A DNA stretch of 63,895 nucleotides, filler included, from Phoronis australis (taxonomy: Eukaryota; Animalia; Phoronida), in NCBI GenBank assembly GCA_002633005.1. It is 8 parts of 8 records of this genome, joined end to end, with 100 filler letters (N's around TTAATTAATTAA, not from the genome) between each part and the next. Parts side by side here need not be neighbours in the genome. Positions count along the whole stretch, not along the records: positions 15,958 to 41,091 come from NMRA01000916.1; positions 41,192 to 47,276 come from NMRA01002228.1; positions 47,377 to 50,463 come from NMRA01000950.1; 5 more parts are not named here. One strand, given 5' to 3'. Both the position numbers and the translations under genes were made by a program. Positions 36,776-49,945 of this stretch are shown one piece after another. Positions within the stretch are counted from its first letter, which is position 1; the number at the start of each line of letters is the position of its first letter. Below the pieces are notes generated by a model. That model was not told the DNA's origin. It did no database searches and saw only the letters and a list, made by a program, of their open reading frames with translations.

Positions 36776-39377
36776 GACCAAACGAGCAGGTAAAGAAGTA
36801 CGAATTGTCCGAAATCTGCCTAGTCACTTTTGTACTTTCTAAAATGCTTGAGACATTTTTCAGCGTGATCAACCCTTCCTCAGTCCCCAACCAAAACAAA
36901 GGCAACGGGCACAGGATACGAGTCACACTTTGACTGCCGGCCTTCAGAAGTCGAGCGGATTGTGGTACCTTCTCGCTTTGAGTGTAAAAGCATGTTTGCT
37001 TTTGTACATAGCCTTATAAGGTTATCTAAAACATGATTTAGTGAATTTCATTTTGACTCATATCAAAAAAACGGGCTATGCCAATTAACTAGTAAAAGTA
37101 TACATTTTCTGAACGAAATTAAATAAGATCAGAAATTATAAAGGCATGTTTTATACTGATGTGTCATTATGATATTACGGTAAAACTTTTTAAGAAAGGC
37201 ACACCCATAAGAAAATAAGAAAATAGCCGCTTGGTAGAATTTAACAAAACATCTTTTAAGTGAAAACTTCACAATTTACCTCAAAAACTTTGTTAAGAAT
37301 TTTCGATTACTCGTTTAGTTTTGTTTCTATACCAAATTAACTGGCACGTAAGGTGTTTTTAAAAAAATTGCAGTCGTAATCGTCTATCCTACGGTAAGTT
37401 TGAAAGGAAAATCCTGAGGGAGTTTTTTGAGATTGTTGAGTAAATATTAATATTGGAAAGTTTCAGTGAAATTCACCGAGCTGTTTTCGAGAACTCGTGT
37501 TCCTAAGTTCGATTTAAGTCGATTTTCCGAAGCCGAGAAAAGCGGAAAACGAGTAGAAGGAGTAGAAGGCGTTAAATCGTAATCATCTGATCGCCTCTGC
37601 ATATGAATCATAAGTCAAGCATTTACATTATATGCTCGTTCGTGACTCGATAAATGTTTAAATTCTTATCCACAGTCAACGGCTTGAACTGAAATCGGAC
37701 GTGGTATGAAACCGTCACTCCCGAAACGTTGCAAAAGGTTTTCGTATTCTATCCTCATCTCAGTCGATTAAAAAGGATGTTCACAGCCTGCTGTCCAAAT
37801 AACATGCACAGTCCTTACTTTCTTCTACGTGAATTACACATTTTGATAATTAACCACTGTTTCAGATTCTAGGGTAACTCTTAAACAGTCACTTGTGTGT
37901 AACTAATTAGATCTGGAATTGGGATAACAGTTTTTCTTTACGTCATTTTAACCATGACAAAGTCAAATACGTAGTAGGTCGAACAAGTTGCAAGCCGTGG
38001 AGGTCATAAGAGTGGGCACATCAATGCGTCTTCACTTACTGTTCGAACATCTGTCTTTTAGCCACCTTGAAAACGTCATAGAACAAGCAACAAAATAGTC
38101 ATGCACATAAACAAATTCATCCTCGACCACTGAGTCCGTAGATATGTTTCACGATACTCTTACTTTCATTCATGATTGGTGCCATTCCTTCAAACTTAGC
38201 TATTCCGTTCAGTCACAAAAACGGCTTTCAAGAGAAATTCGTCTCCCGCGCGGCTGATCGGCACGTGCCTTTTCAAACGGTGCATCCCTAACATTTAGTA
38301 CTCAGTGGCATGACGGAGTTCTTGTAATAATAGAATTCAATGTTTTCCACAACTCCATGAAGAACTTTTCAGGTGAAAACAAAAATGACGGAGGCTTAAT
38401 CGAAAGATCTTCAGGTTTCATTTGTTCGTGACTTGGAAACATATAATTCGCGTGCACAAATCCACATGGCGAGTGGATAAATGTGTGTGTGAGGTATCAT
38501 TTGTTTCCCATTTCAGGTAATTAAGTTTCACGAACCACTAGGACGAGTAAACGACATAAAATTTCGATTTAAAACATGTGGCTTCGTCATGTTCAGATAC
38601 GACGTGTCTGAAGAAGCTATCAGTGTACCTAAGGTAACTAAAGATAAGTGCTGGGATTTGGAAAATTATAAACATGAGCAAAATACTTCTAAAACGGGGG
38701 AAACTTCATTACGAATCCCATTTTGTTTGCCAAAATAACCGATATAAGCACCAAATTAACGTTTTTAGATCTAGAAAGAGTTTTAAATGAGCGACAGCGG
38801 AAGTTTGAATCTGCATTGGAGCTGATCTCAGAAAATCACTTGTCTTGCCGAGAGCGTCATTTTAGTTTGACTTGTCCCAGCCAACAAAGGGTTCTTCTTG
38901 TTCATTGAAACTGGTTATCGTCGACGTTGTTCTCGTGAATGATTAGTCACAGTGGAAATTTTAGCTAGCCCGGCGTTTGGAATAGCTCCTAAGATGGGAA
39001 TGATGAAAATTCTGACATCCGGTTTCGCTCGAGGCTGTGTTCCACTGTTTCTTGAGTTCAGAGTTCACATCTACAGAATAAAAGTAGCGGACGTTTAGTA
39101 TACGGGGCATTTGTGCTTTCAAGTCGAAGCATACCGGGAGGTCGTCATTTCAGAATAAGGGAGTTGACAAGTGTACAACATGGCTGCAAGTAAGTGAAAG
39201 ACAAATATGCGTAGCGCACTTTGAATGAATTGACGTTATACATACTTTAGGTGCGACTGCTGTGCCACGTTGACTTTCCTTCGCACCGGTGCCTCAGTCG
39301 ATCTCAAAATACATAGTTATTTACATATCGAAATATGTCGCACAGAAGAGCACAAGCAAAGTTGGAATAAAGAAAAC

Positions 39378-39526
39378 AACTTTTCTAAAATGTAACGACA
39401 TCTTTCGGGGGTAAAACATCCACCATGTCAAGCTTTATTCAGTAGAGCATACCGGGAGGCATCCGTAACCATCCTCTGGATAAAGCTTGACATTGTTAAA
39501 AGATGTCGCTACCTTTTAGAAAAGTT
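39378..39526. repeat. 149-bp foldback with nested inverted repeats
   Basis: AACTTTTCTAAAATGTAACGACATCTTT / AAAGATGTCGCTACCTTTTAGAAAAGTT and inner ATGTCAAGCTTTATTCAG / CTGGATAAAGCTTGACAT. Confidence 0.8.
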
Positions 39527-39680
39527 TACCTACAGGTTACATGTCATGTGCATGTAATTAGAGGGTGGCTGAACTTGTGGACAAACTACTCTGAAATTAG
39601 TGTTACAACCGCTGATCACCCTGGCACAGATCAGTCTGGGCCAATATTTCAACAGTGGTATGCCGCGTTCTGTTGAAGGT

Positions 39681-41091
39681 TTAACTCGTTTCGAGACGGT
39701 TTCCTTGTCTGGCCACTGGGGCTGAAGTATTGGGCATGGTCGGGATGTCAGTTCGGAGTTCGCGACCCATTACCAGCTCGGACGGTCTAAAACCAGTCGC
39801 TGAAACTGGTGTGGACCTATAGCTTAACAAAGCCATCGCGGGATCGTTCTGTTGCAATATTTTCTCAGCAATTGCAAAACCACTTTCCGCTTGACCATTA
39901 GCCTGTGGGTTGTGAGGGCTAACTCTGGTAAGAACAATACCATGCTCTGCAGCTAAACGCCTCATTGCTTCAGAATCAAACGGGGGACGTATCCGATACG
40001 ATTTTCTCTGGGATTCCAAAGCGCGCGAACATTGCTTTTTCTTCTGCAATTATTCGAGATGCTGTTGTGTCGGTCATACGAATTACCTCCAACCACTTGG
40101 AATAATAGTACATAATGACAAGATATTTCACTTTGTTTACCTCACATAAGTCAACGGCCAGTTTTTGCCATGGTCTATTAGGTGGTGGTGTAACGATTAG
40201 TGGCCCGTGTTTCTGTGTTGGTCGGTGTACTTGACAACTCAAACTCACGAATAAGTCTCTGTATGTCGTCGTTAATGCCGGGCCAAAACACGGACATGTT
40301 TGCTCTTTCGCGACATTTGTTAATTCCCATGTGTCCATCGTGAATGCGACTTTGAATATCTGTGCGCATAGTTTGTGGTATTGCAATACGGGAACCCATC
40401 AGTAGTACACCATTGGCTACTGAAAGGCTGTGTCTCACAGCGCAGATGACGGAACTTGCTCCTTATGGGCTGGCCAACCATTCATGGTCAATTCAATGGC
40501 TTGCTGGAGCTCGTCATTTTGCTCAGTCGCTACTTGGATCTCAAATAGTTTCCTGTCAGACATCGGCTTGGCGTCGATTACAGCATTGACATGGAATGCC
40601 ACCTCGATCGTGTTCAGGTGACTCAGTTTCTCTCACGGGTGCTCTGGATAAAGCATCTGCCACACTAACCATGAGTTTGCCAGGAACGTGCTCTGCTCGG
40701 TCTTATAATAAGCCTCTGAAAACGTAGCGGTACACAATCAACGTCACGCGTATTCAGCAGAGGGACAAGCGGTTTATGGTTGGTGATTAGACGGAATGAC
40801 TTCAACCGTCCCTGTAAATATCGAAGGAATTTTTCGCAAACCCATGTGGCTGCCAAACACTCTGTTTCGATTTGGGCATAGTTTCTTTCAGCTGGCGTTA
40901 ATGTTCTCGAACAGAAAGCAATAGGGCGTAACTCGTCTCCACGCTGTTGCATGATAACACCACCGATGCCATAGATACTAGCATCACAATTCACAACAGT
41001 GGATAAGGTTACATCATAATACGCCAGTACTGGGCTACTGCTAATGAGTTCTTTAACTTCTTTGAAGATTTTTTTTTGGGCAACGCCCCAA
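39681..41091 (-). mobile_element. Ty3/Gypsy LTR-retrotransposon pol remnant (RNase H, then integrase), frameshifted
   Basis: CDASIYGIGGV...PIAFCSRTLTPAERNYAQIE.ECLA (RNase H), IHDGHMGINKC...FWPGI (integrase zinc finger), PWQKLAVDL...FARFGIPEKIVSD...SPHNPQANGQAE...LLSYRSTP (core), spread over several frames; cut by contig end. Confidence 0.93.
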
Positions 41092-41191
41092 NNNNNNNNN
41101 NNNNNNNNNNNNNNNNNNNNNNNNNNNNNNNNNNNTTAATTAATTAANNNNNNNNNNNNNNNNNNNNNNNNNNNNNNNNNNNNNNNNNNNN
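41092..41191. other. Artificial scaffold linker
   Basis: N44-TTAATTAATTAA-N44. Confidence 0.97.
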
Positions 41192-41539
41192 TTGAGATGT
41201 TTTAAGCTTACAAACAAAGCGTATTAAAAGCTGTAAATAGTCTTAAAGTTGCAATATTCGAAGACAAAGTCGTCGACTATTTTCAGTCGACAGGTTGGTT
41301 TAAGAAACTCGAGATTCTTATCCAGAGTTGTATACGACAGAAAAAAGCATGGTCATTCTACTTACAATGCACCAATAAAGGCTACAAGCTATGTCCACTA
41401 GAAGTATTCTTCCAAGTTCTAAAAGCATTATCAATGGTTTAAGTTCTGCATTTTTTAGAAGAATGTCAAGAAAAAGGGAATTCGTTACAACTCATCATTT
41501 ACATCAACTAAAATGCAACAGTTTTATTCTATGACCTAC

Positions 41540-41752
41540 CTCTCAACACACTCAAATCGACTACTTGATGGGTTGCTGGCTGGTGCGTCATGGCCGCCGA
41601 CAGCGAACAGGAAGCCATTGCATGTGCCCATGCCAACGCCCCCTCGCCTCTTGGCCATCGGGGCACAGAAGACCCACCTGTTGGTGTGTGGGTCAAAACA
41701 TTCAACAGTACGTAGACAGGAACTGCCATCACGGCCACCAACAGCATAGAGT
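41540..41752 (-). CDS. KLHL5: Kelch-like protein (KLHL1/4/5 group), visible exon 6 (kelch repeats)
   Basis: ttccag|A...AG|gtaggt; [71 protein letters not shown]; 213 nt, phases consistent. Later exons are off the contig. Confidence 0.93.
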
Positions 41753-42040
41753 CTGGAACAAACACATTACAACTAGGTTCAATTTTAGATTAATAGGAAG
41801 AAAAATAAAACAAAAATTTCAGCTTCAAGTTGGCGGAGAGCCAAACTTTTTAAGAAATATATGACATCCAAACTATGAAGAATTATTAAATAAAAAGAAG
41901 CCCACAACCGATTCCCAGTAGTGTAAAATTTTGATGACTGATTTTTTTTGCTTTTCTATCACACCAATGAAGTTCACTACAATTAATTTTACTGACTACA
42001 AATCACTATATTCAAGTTGTGACACTATTATGTGACTCAC

Positions 42041-42203
42041 TTTCCCTGAAGCACAGCTACGCCCACCGTGCTACGTGCAGTGTTCATCGGTGCTACGTAA
42101 GTCCACACTCGGGCCTGAGGGTCCCACCTCTCCACTGAGGTCAAGTACGACCAACCGTCGTGACCTCCTACTGCATACATAGGACCCTGTAGCACGCTGA
42201 CAC
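42041..42203 (-). CDS. KLHL5: Kelch-like protein, visible exon 5
   Basis: ccactag|GT...AA|gtgagt; [53 protein letters not shown]; 163 nt. Confidence 0.93.
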
Positions 42204-43077
42204 CTAGTGGCAGAATAATTTAACTTGTATGATAAAATTCAAAGATGACTTAAAATATCTTTCAATGAATGACCTTAAAGATACAAAACACAAGTTCAGA
42301 GGCCAAGAACTCCAATTTTTAAACTAGTACTTGCAAGCTCATAAACTGCAACACTGGTGTCAAAATGTAGATGTTTGCAATTAAATTTAAGACAGTATTG
42401 CAATATAAGCATGGTATTCCTCAGCACTCCCTTGATCAGGACTGTGGTTATCATCTATACCCTCATGAGCTCATGAGAAAGTGCTGTAATTCAATTTGCA
42501 TTACGTGCTTCAGTTTTCAGCATTTCCTTCATCATTATGTCCAGACCTAGTTTAATCAAATCAGTTCAATTTAAGATCATGTACACAGGAAAACTGTGAC
42601 AACACAGTTATCAGGGCATCATTTACAATTTTAACACGTAAATCATGAAATGTACTGAACAACTGGTCTCAAAATTGTCGCCATAACAACTGGTTTGTAC
42701 CATCAGAAGGAAATGACCATTACACACAACTGTAATGATATGGTCGGTCCAAGTTTTAAGGAATGACCAACACTACCTAAGTTTACACCTTTTTGTCACA
42801 CCTTTAGTTGTCAGTATTCTGAATCATCTGGTGATGGGAGTCATTTATGGTACAGAAATATGATTTCAGTCACATTTTGAATGATTGACTAACCTGCTTA
42901 CTATCAGCATTGTAGCAGCTGGTTAAGAGAGCAAGCAGAAATTGTCAATTTAAATTTCAACAAAATAACTTAAAAACTCAATAGTTTGCTACACAAAATG
43001 ACAAATTCATTGATAAGTTAATCAGTCATCACTTGAAATAACTAGAACATAACAAAATCAAAGGTCACAAAAATTAC

Positions 43078-43302
43078 CTAGTCCATGTCTGTGAGTGGCC
43101 ATGGCTGGCATTGTCGACCATGTCTTTTTTCTCGGGTCCCAGCACTCTACTGAATTTAAAGTCTTCAGGCCGTCACGGCCCCCAACTATGTATAGTTTAT
43201 CATCTAGCACAGCCACCCCAAACTGTAACCTTCGACCCACCATGTGCGCTACCTGGGTCCACGTGTTAGTGCGCAAGTCATATTTTTCTATACTTGTACT
43301 TC
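43078..43302 (-). CDS. KLHL5: Kelch-like protein, visible exon 4
   Basis: tttcag|GA...G|gtaatt; [74 protein letters not shown]; 225 nt. Confidence 0.95.
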
Positions 43303-43399
43303 CTGAAAAGAAAATAACAGATGACAACAAGAAAAACAGTAACAAATAATAACAAATAACAAAAATGAATAAAAATGATGAATAACAATAATGAACAAC

Positions 43400-44463
43400 A
43401 TAACGAATGAAAGTGCTTTGAAGAGCGACACTTGGCGAAATTAACAGAAGAGACGACGATGGAGATGATGACGAAGATGACGACGATTGTGGCGATGATG
43501 AACAATACAACTAGTGATAACATTCACAAGACGAAAGGAGAGGCCAGAAATCAGTAAGTATAGGCTACACTATTGTTCAATAGAAGCTAAACCAACCTCA
43601 ATGCAGTAAGGGCGCTCAACTAAGGAACAGCGCTATCAGAAAATCTCCAATAATTTGAAAAGTAGACTTCCTAATGAAAAATGGAAAATATCATCTGAAA
43701 GCCCGTCCAAAATTCTATCTAAATTGACGGTATCGCGAAATTCTGTAAATTTTTCGAAAAAATTGGAAATTTTGCGTTTTTTAAAGAAATTCAAAGTCAA
43801 ATAACTCGAAAACGGTAAGTCTGAGAAAAAAGTTGCTAGAGGTCATTTGAAAGGGTATACTTCAAAGAATCCACATGCAAAAATTCATGTCATTCTCTCT
43901 ACCCGTTTAAAATGGCACTCCAGCACGACTGAAAATGGGTCAACATGCGCCAGATCCGCTATCTTGAGAGTGACTTCCGGTTAAACAAACTTTTATAATA
44001 GCCAATCAAACGAGACAGGTGACGAGATTGAAAATGATTGGTTCACCAATGCACCCTCTACAGGAGAAAACGTTTTCGGCCAGATATTGAGGTGCGCATG
44101 CGCCATGGCCAATATTTCCGCCATCTTTTGACCGGAAGTTAACGATTTACTGCGCAGTTGTAGTACTTGAGTTCTGTTTCAGCTCTGTACGTTGAAAAAT
44201 GCGGTCTCTTTGAGCATTTGAATCTAAAAACGTCAACAAAATGGCCGCCATGTCCACCATTTTGAATCCAATCATGACCAAAAACAATAGGCTTCCAGGA
44301 CTTCCAGATCTACACGTCGTAAGCAAATTGCGACCTGTAGAGTGCGGACAAAAAAAAAACTTGATGGCAGAACAACATACTTGTCGGAATTCAAAGAATT
44401 CCGCCAAGAAAAAACTTAGTGACAGAGCAACATACTTGGCGAAATTTATTTCGCCAAGTAATA
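43400..44463 (-). mobile_element. Non-autonomous Helentron-like element, family 2 (intronic)
   Basis: Sub-terminal ACTTGGCGAAA at about 43430 is complementary to TTTCGCCAAGT in the terminal palindrome TACTTGGCGAAATTTATTTCGCCAAGTA (about 44433-44460); left boundary approximate. Confidence 0.6.
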
Positions 44464-45056
44464 ACAACAACTCTGTGAATAGCAAAGCTTATAAAGTTTT
44501 CCTCCAACATCTGGTATGAAGGTTCAAATCCCACCATTGATTCAAACTCCACTCGAGTATGTAAATGAGTATCAGGCTGGTCAAGTGGATATCATGGGAC
44601 TGTCCAGACTGTCCAGCTGTGGTGATTGTCTAGCATTTGGAGTCAACATGGATAAAGTAAGAATCACAGTTCTCACCATTTTTCCAAAATCAAATTCAAG
44701 AACTTTCCAAGGATATTTCAGTCCCACTTGGGACATTTTCAGAATTGACTAAACAAACGCAGTTTGTACCATTGGTTTATGTTGAGCGCTCTTCATAAAT
44801 AAATCAAATTAAGTGATTATGCCATTCAACCGAAAAAAGACTGACAAGATCTTTTCAAGGTCAGAACACAAAGTTCAAGTACTTTCTAAGTTTAGTCTCA
44901 AACTTAATATTTTTCAATATCTTTGTGGACAGCACACAGATCCGTAGCCTGGGCAATGACACTTAGAGGCGCTTTGTAAATTATTGTCAGAATTAAACTC
45001 TGGTCTGAAGATAAGAACAGAGAAAGGGGGACTAAAAAGTAACTGAAACCTGAAGT

Positions 45057-45178
45057 TCAGCAGAGTAGAGCAAGCTCAGCAGAGTAGAGCAAGCTCAGCA
45101 GAGTAGAGCAAGCTCAGCAGAGTAGAGCAAGCTCAGTAGAGTAGAGCAAGCTCAGCAGAGTAGAGCAAGCTCAGTAGA
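45057..45178 (+). repeat. 19-bp minisatellite (TCAGCAGAGTAGAGCAAGC) about x6.4
   Basis: Tandem units read directly, within the kelch gene intron. Confidence 0.95.
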
Positions 45179-45255
45179 AAAGTTGGAATATCACCACTAG
45201 AATGCATCAAGTTCGGTAAGTCTTAGCACAGCCATGATCGCAGAAAGCTCCTAAC

Positions 45256-45454
45256 CTTCTTTGCCCTTGAGACAATCCATTCCGCCGACTGCGTACAGCA
45301 CCCCCACTGTCGATTTGCGAGGCTTCGTCCGCGGACTCTGCAGCGACATTCGCCTCTCGGGCAATAGGTGATACTTCATAGCCTCCATGATGAGATCTTG
45401 ACACTCGCGGTGGTCACGGAATATTGTGTTGGTTTCCACGTGATCGGCCAGGAA
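45256..45454 (-). CDS. KLHL5: Kelch-like protein, visible exon 3 (end of BACK, start of kelch 1)
   Basis: caacag|TTC...G|gttagg; FLADHVETNTIFRDHRECQDLIMEAMKYHLLPERRMSLQSPRTKPRKSTVGVLYAVGGMDCLK(GKE); donor could alternatively lie 9 nt earlier. Confidence 0.92.
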
Positions 45455-46183
45455 CTGTTGGCAAACAACAAGGGACACATGGCAGGATATACACAGAAAC
45501 CAGCAGCTCGAATTGTGAAAAATCTTGTCTATTTCAGGCAAACATAATTGTTAAAATTTCTCTTTTTTAATTTTCAAGGCCTCCCAACATTTTATGAAAG
45601 TCCACAATTTTTTCAAAATACTGACTACGTAGTTATGGTACAGAGCTTGAACAAGGAAAAAATTAAATTTGTTGCTGCGTAAATTTCATGAAAAAATGAG
45701 AAAAGACTTCACTTGCCTGCCATATTGTGTCCTGAATTGGTGAGATTTTTCCAAACCCACGTTTAAACAAGAGATTTTGAAGAAGCATTAAAGGCAGTGC
45801 ACCAATGACCCCAAATAACCACCGTTTCATAGTGTATCACTTCAAGGCATGACATTTATGAAGTGAGCCTTCTTAAAACTGAATCTAAATCAAATAAAAA
45901 CCTTCCACATTGCGAGGCCTACCTTAGGGTTATGGCCTCATCAGGGCATATTTTCACTCCCTAAGTTTCCGAGACCGTGCCCCGTCTACCATTCCCAGTT
46001 GATGCTATTTCACCTAGTATTTCATCGGATTTAGCAGCGTGTTGCTTATTTCCTTACATTACGTCACCCCCTTGACTGCCATCCATACTCTAAGAGGCGA
46101 AACGCTTGTAACATGGGTACCCAAGTCTCTGATGCCCACTCCCCCCGAACGCTGCCTAAATTAACATTTGTCTACTCGCTCAC

Positions 46184-46396
46184 CTGTGGCCCCATCAGGG
46201 GTAGTTTCACCGTCGACAATAACTTGGGTAAACACTTCTTCCTATTGGCCAGCTCGTGTTTAGCCCAGAGCACCAGCGCATTGAAGGTCACTTCCTCATT
46301 CGGAACATTAAGATCGTCACTGAGCAAAAGTTTGGCAAGTTCATCAGGATGAAGCATAAGAAATTCCTGATTGTGCATCACCTCCACAAAATTTTC
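46184..46396 (-). CDS. KLHL5: Kelch-like protein, visible exon 2 (BACK domain)
   Basis: ttccag|GAA...CAG|gtgagc; ENFVEVMHNQEFLML...SDDLNVPNEEVTFNALVLWAKH...VKLPLMGPQ; 213 nt. Confidence 0.95.
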
Positions 46397-46684
46397 CTGG
46401 AAAAACAAACGTGTCATAAAGGCACGACGCATTTAATGACATTTTAAAACAATTTTTTACTTATATTAGAAATCCAAAATCTTGTTAACATTAACAACTA
46501 GATCACAAAGCACAAAAAAGAAATTTCTGATTACAGGTCACCTAGAAAAAATTTTCCAGGAAAGAAAACCAGGTCAAAAACACTCAATTTCCTAAGTTTT
46601 TGAAACAACTTGGTACTTTTCATTTTTGCATTTCTTTTAGAATTTCTAATCAATGTTTAGTGGAACTGTTCAGCATTCACCTAC

Positions 46685-46881
46685 CATAACATAGTTGTTA
46701 GCCACTTTATAGAGATCAATACAGCCCTGAGCATCGGCAAACTGCCGGATGCCGATACAGTTGGAGGGGTGCAACTGCTTCATGAGGAACCCGCAGCATG
46801 CCTCGACAACGTCGGACAGTTGTAATATACACGCAGTGGAGAGCAGGCTTTCTACTGAGTCTTCTGTGAGTTCTAAGCTAC
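46685..46881 (-). CDS. KLHL5: Kelch-like protein, visible exon 1 (end of BTB, start of BACK)
   Basis: ttacag|GT...ATG|gtaggt; [65 protein letters not shown]; 197 nt; absent from the supplied ORF track. Confidence 0.93.
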
Positions 46882-47276
46882 CTGTAATGGACAGGACACA
46901 GAAGAATGAAAACCAAGGTCAATACCCTTCCACAACACTCTCCAGACCACCCCATTGAGTTTCACTTTTATATTTGCAGTACTAGCAGACAGGCAAACCT
47001 CAAATGCTCCTAATTTTTGTCCATTGTTGTATCCCTCATTTAAAAATTGTTACTTCGTGTCTGTTCTTGTAAAGAGAAATGTTTCTGTCGTCTTCTTTAC
47101 TGGACTTAAAGGTTTAACCCATTTGAGGCCTCACTGTCAGAAACGATATAACTACAAACTAAAAGACTAACTTTTTAAAGTTGATTTCTGGAAAAGGCAA
47201 GGCACGAACGGAAATATTGTTGTATTGGTTGGCGATATCTGTTGCTTTATCACCGTCTTTTGCAAGTCTGTGAATG

Positions 47277-47376
47277 NNNNNNNNNNNNNNNNNNNNNNNN
47301 NNNNNNNNNNNNNNNNNNNNTTAATTAATTAANNNNNNNNNNNNNNNNNNNNNNNNNNNNNNNNNNNNNNNNNNNN
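47277..47376. other. Artificial scaffold linker
   Basis: N44-TTAATTAATTAA-N44. Confidence 0.97.
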
Positions 47377-49754
47377 ATGCAATTTCTGCTGAAGATGCTG
47401 TTATATCGTCAGATTTACTGAATGAAGTGGTAAATGAGCTCAACGTTTAGCCTAGTTTTGTAGCATACCAGTCAAAGATGTGTGATATATGAAGTCGAGA
47501 GCGTTACTTCTGTTTACTTCATGTCTGTCATGAATGAGTCATTAATAAAACTGTCTCTCGTGAATTATTTTCTATTGACTGTGAATGTGTACCTTTTTAT
47601 ACCACTGATGATCACACTGACAGAAATATTCAGCGTTAGGGTGCCCGGTGTGTAGGGGGAACACCAGATTTCTGGCGACTGGTGGCGACTAAAATTTGTA
47701 GCAACCAGCAGGGACATTACAATATGAACCCAAAGTTACAATGACTATTGACAAGTTGAAGGATTTTTTGCACTCAACACTAGGGGGGCCATATCCACCT
47801 TGGGTGCCTTCCTTTGCCATGGCAGATAGAAAACAAGTCAGGGGTGAGTTCAGTAACACTAGAACCTCTCTAAAATTTATCCAAAACCACGTGTTCTCAT
47901 TTAAAATGCAGGGCAATATCTTGCGAAGTCTTGAATTATAGCAAGGTCCTCGTGTCACTGCTCTTATTCTAGATGCGTCTTCAGTCTCTACGTAAACAAA
48001 AACAGCGCCATCTATCATTTAGAACCACGCATGCCAGTTGATTTACGTTACATATTTTTTGTAATAAGCAATAATCATCAATGCCGTTTTCAGAGAATTG
48101 TAATTAATAATGCTGTCTGCCTTTTCTCCAAAATACGAGGTTTTGTGTCGTGTTTCGCAAGCTAATTATATGTTCCAAGAGCCTCCTATTGGCAGCAGAG
48201 GCAACTGAAAACATGCAAAAGGACGAAGTGCAGTTCGTGTAATGTTTCGTACGCAAAAACTACATTAGAGGCAAGATTTTTTATTTTAGATTATGAACAG
48301 GTTAGGAATGACTAACCAAATTATTATAAACTCAATTTCAGGAAAGGTGCGTTATGGCTGCTACAGAGTGCCAAATTTGGCCGAAAATGGCTTCAGTGAA
48401 AACCTGAAAAATAGCCCTTTTTGCCTCACAAATTCAAAACGTACAAATTTAAAAATGGATTTTGAAAGTGATGCCATTAAATTATTCAGCCGTTGCCCTT
48501 TCAATTCGTATTATTCTTTTGTTTTGTCCTTACCACACATGCTAGTAAAATGCATTCAAACATCCCTACTTCGATGCCCAATTTTGTTGCAAAATGGAGG
48601 TACAGGTCATAAAAAGAAAAATAATGAATGAAAATTCTTAAAAAGTGAGGTTTTTCTACATCTCAACAAACCGAACTCATGTGCTAAGTTTCAAAAAATC
48701 GGTGATTTTGGGTATAGACTCTACCTGTTGGTTTTTATATGGAGTCACTCTTAAAGACTTCAACTCCGTTGAACAAACCTCCTTGGAAGTTTAGTAATTT
48801 TTTACAGAATGATAACCTAGATGTAATATTGAAAAAATTGCAGCAATCACAGCACATGTAAGTGAGGTTAAATGACCTACACGTATAATTTTAGTACAAT
48901 TGATGGAAATAGTAAGTTGAGCGAGAGGAATGAAGGTGTACCTCACTGAATTTGTGACTGATAAAAGACATAATAGACCAAAAGCATTCAAGGCATTCTC
49001 AAGTATAATTTATTTCTTGCATCTCTCTCATGAAGCATTGCATTACCCATGGGGCATTTGAGTCTCTCAATAATACGGATGACTTATTGTATGAACGAAT
49101 ATACAGTATGTGCAACATGGGTAGTTCATATACATGTAGAATGGAACTGCAAATTTCTCGATAACTTTCATGCGAATGAGATGTTCTGGTTTTAGGACCA
49201 CAGTAGGTAATTTGCGCTATATTCTTTCGTTGGCACGTCTTCAATTTTTCAAAAATAAAACAGAATAACGAGGTGATGAAAACATTGACGTTTTAGTGTA
49301 TCAAAATCTGCTGATCATACAGTCTCATCCGCACTCAGTATATTCCATAATAACTTGCACAAGTGCTACTGATCCGTATTTTAAGCCGAGAAGAAACAAA
49401 CATACGCAGATATTTGATAACAAGGGGAAAGTGGAAGTTATCGCTCTGTGCATGACAATGGACAGCTGACAAGTATACGAGACTAATAATTTCTTACGTA
49501 TTAACATACTTTGCGACCTCACAACGATTAAAAGTGGTTACCATGGAACAATAGTTACCCTACATCGAAAACGTGGAGAAAGTTGTCACCAGCAAGGTAA
49601 GTATTATCATACAGTTTTTAACCTAGCGGCAACTCGTTTCAGGATTTACGCGTTCTAGGATAGGTCTGTGTTGATTGCTTTTAAGATTACAAAATTTGTG
49701 CGTAATTATAACCGGACATTTTCATTTTAGGACATACAGCACACATCACGAATT

Positions 49755-49945
49755 TTTGGCCGACCGGTCGGAAATTGGTCGACGACCGGCCGTCGACCGG
49801 TCGTCTAGCCGACCAGCAGCCGACCAACAACGGTTGGCTAAAAGCCGTCTGCNTTAGTCGCCTCTGTGGTCGGCACTTGGGTCGGCTAATTGGTCGCCTA
49901 GCGTAGACGACCAATTCGGATTAAGCGTGCCCTTGGTCGGCAATT
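49755..49945. repeat. GC-rich cluster of CCGACC/GGTCGG motifs in both orientations (probable MITE core)
   Basis: Many CGACC and GGTCG words with local palindromes such as CCGACCGGTCGG; single N at 49853; termini not resolved. Confidence 0.5.

Noticed and set aside
38899-39190. Possible LTR end plus PBS (AATAAA...TACAACA|TGG)
   Set aside because: No second LTR or TSD, start undefined, and opposite in orientation to the nearby pol.
43310-43520. Ser-rich, hydrophobic N-terminal extension of ORF 43058-43510
   Set aside because: It is intronic low-complexity (AAC/GAT/GAC) sequence upstream of the true acceptor at 43302.
43608-44793. 13-bp inverted pair AAGGGCGCTCAAC / GTTGAGCGCTCTT as TIRs
   Set aside because: No TSD, and it overlaps the Helentron-like element boundary inconsistently.
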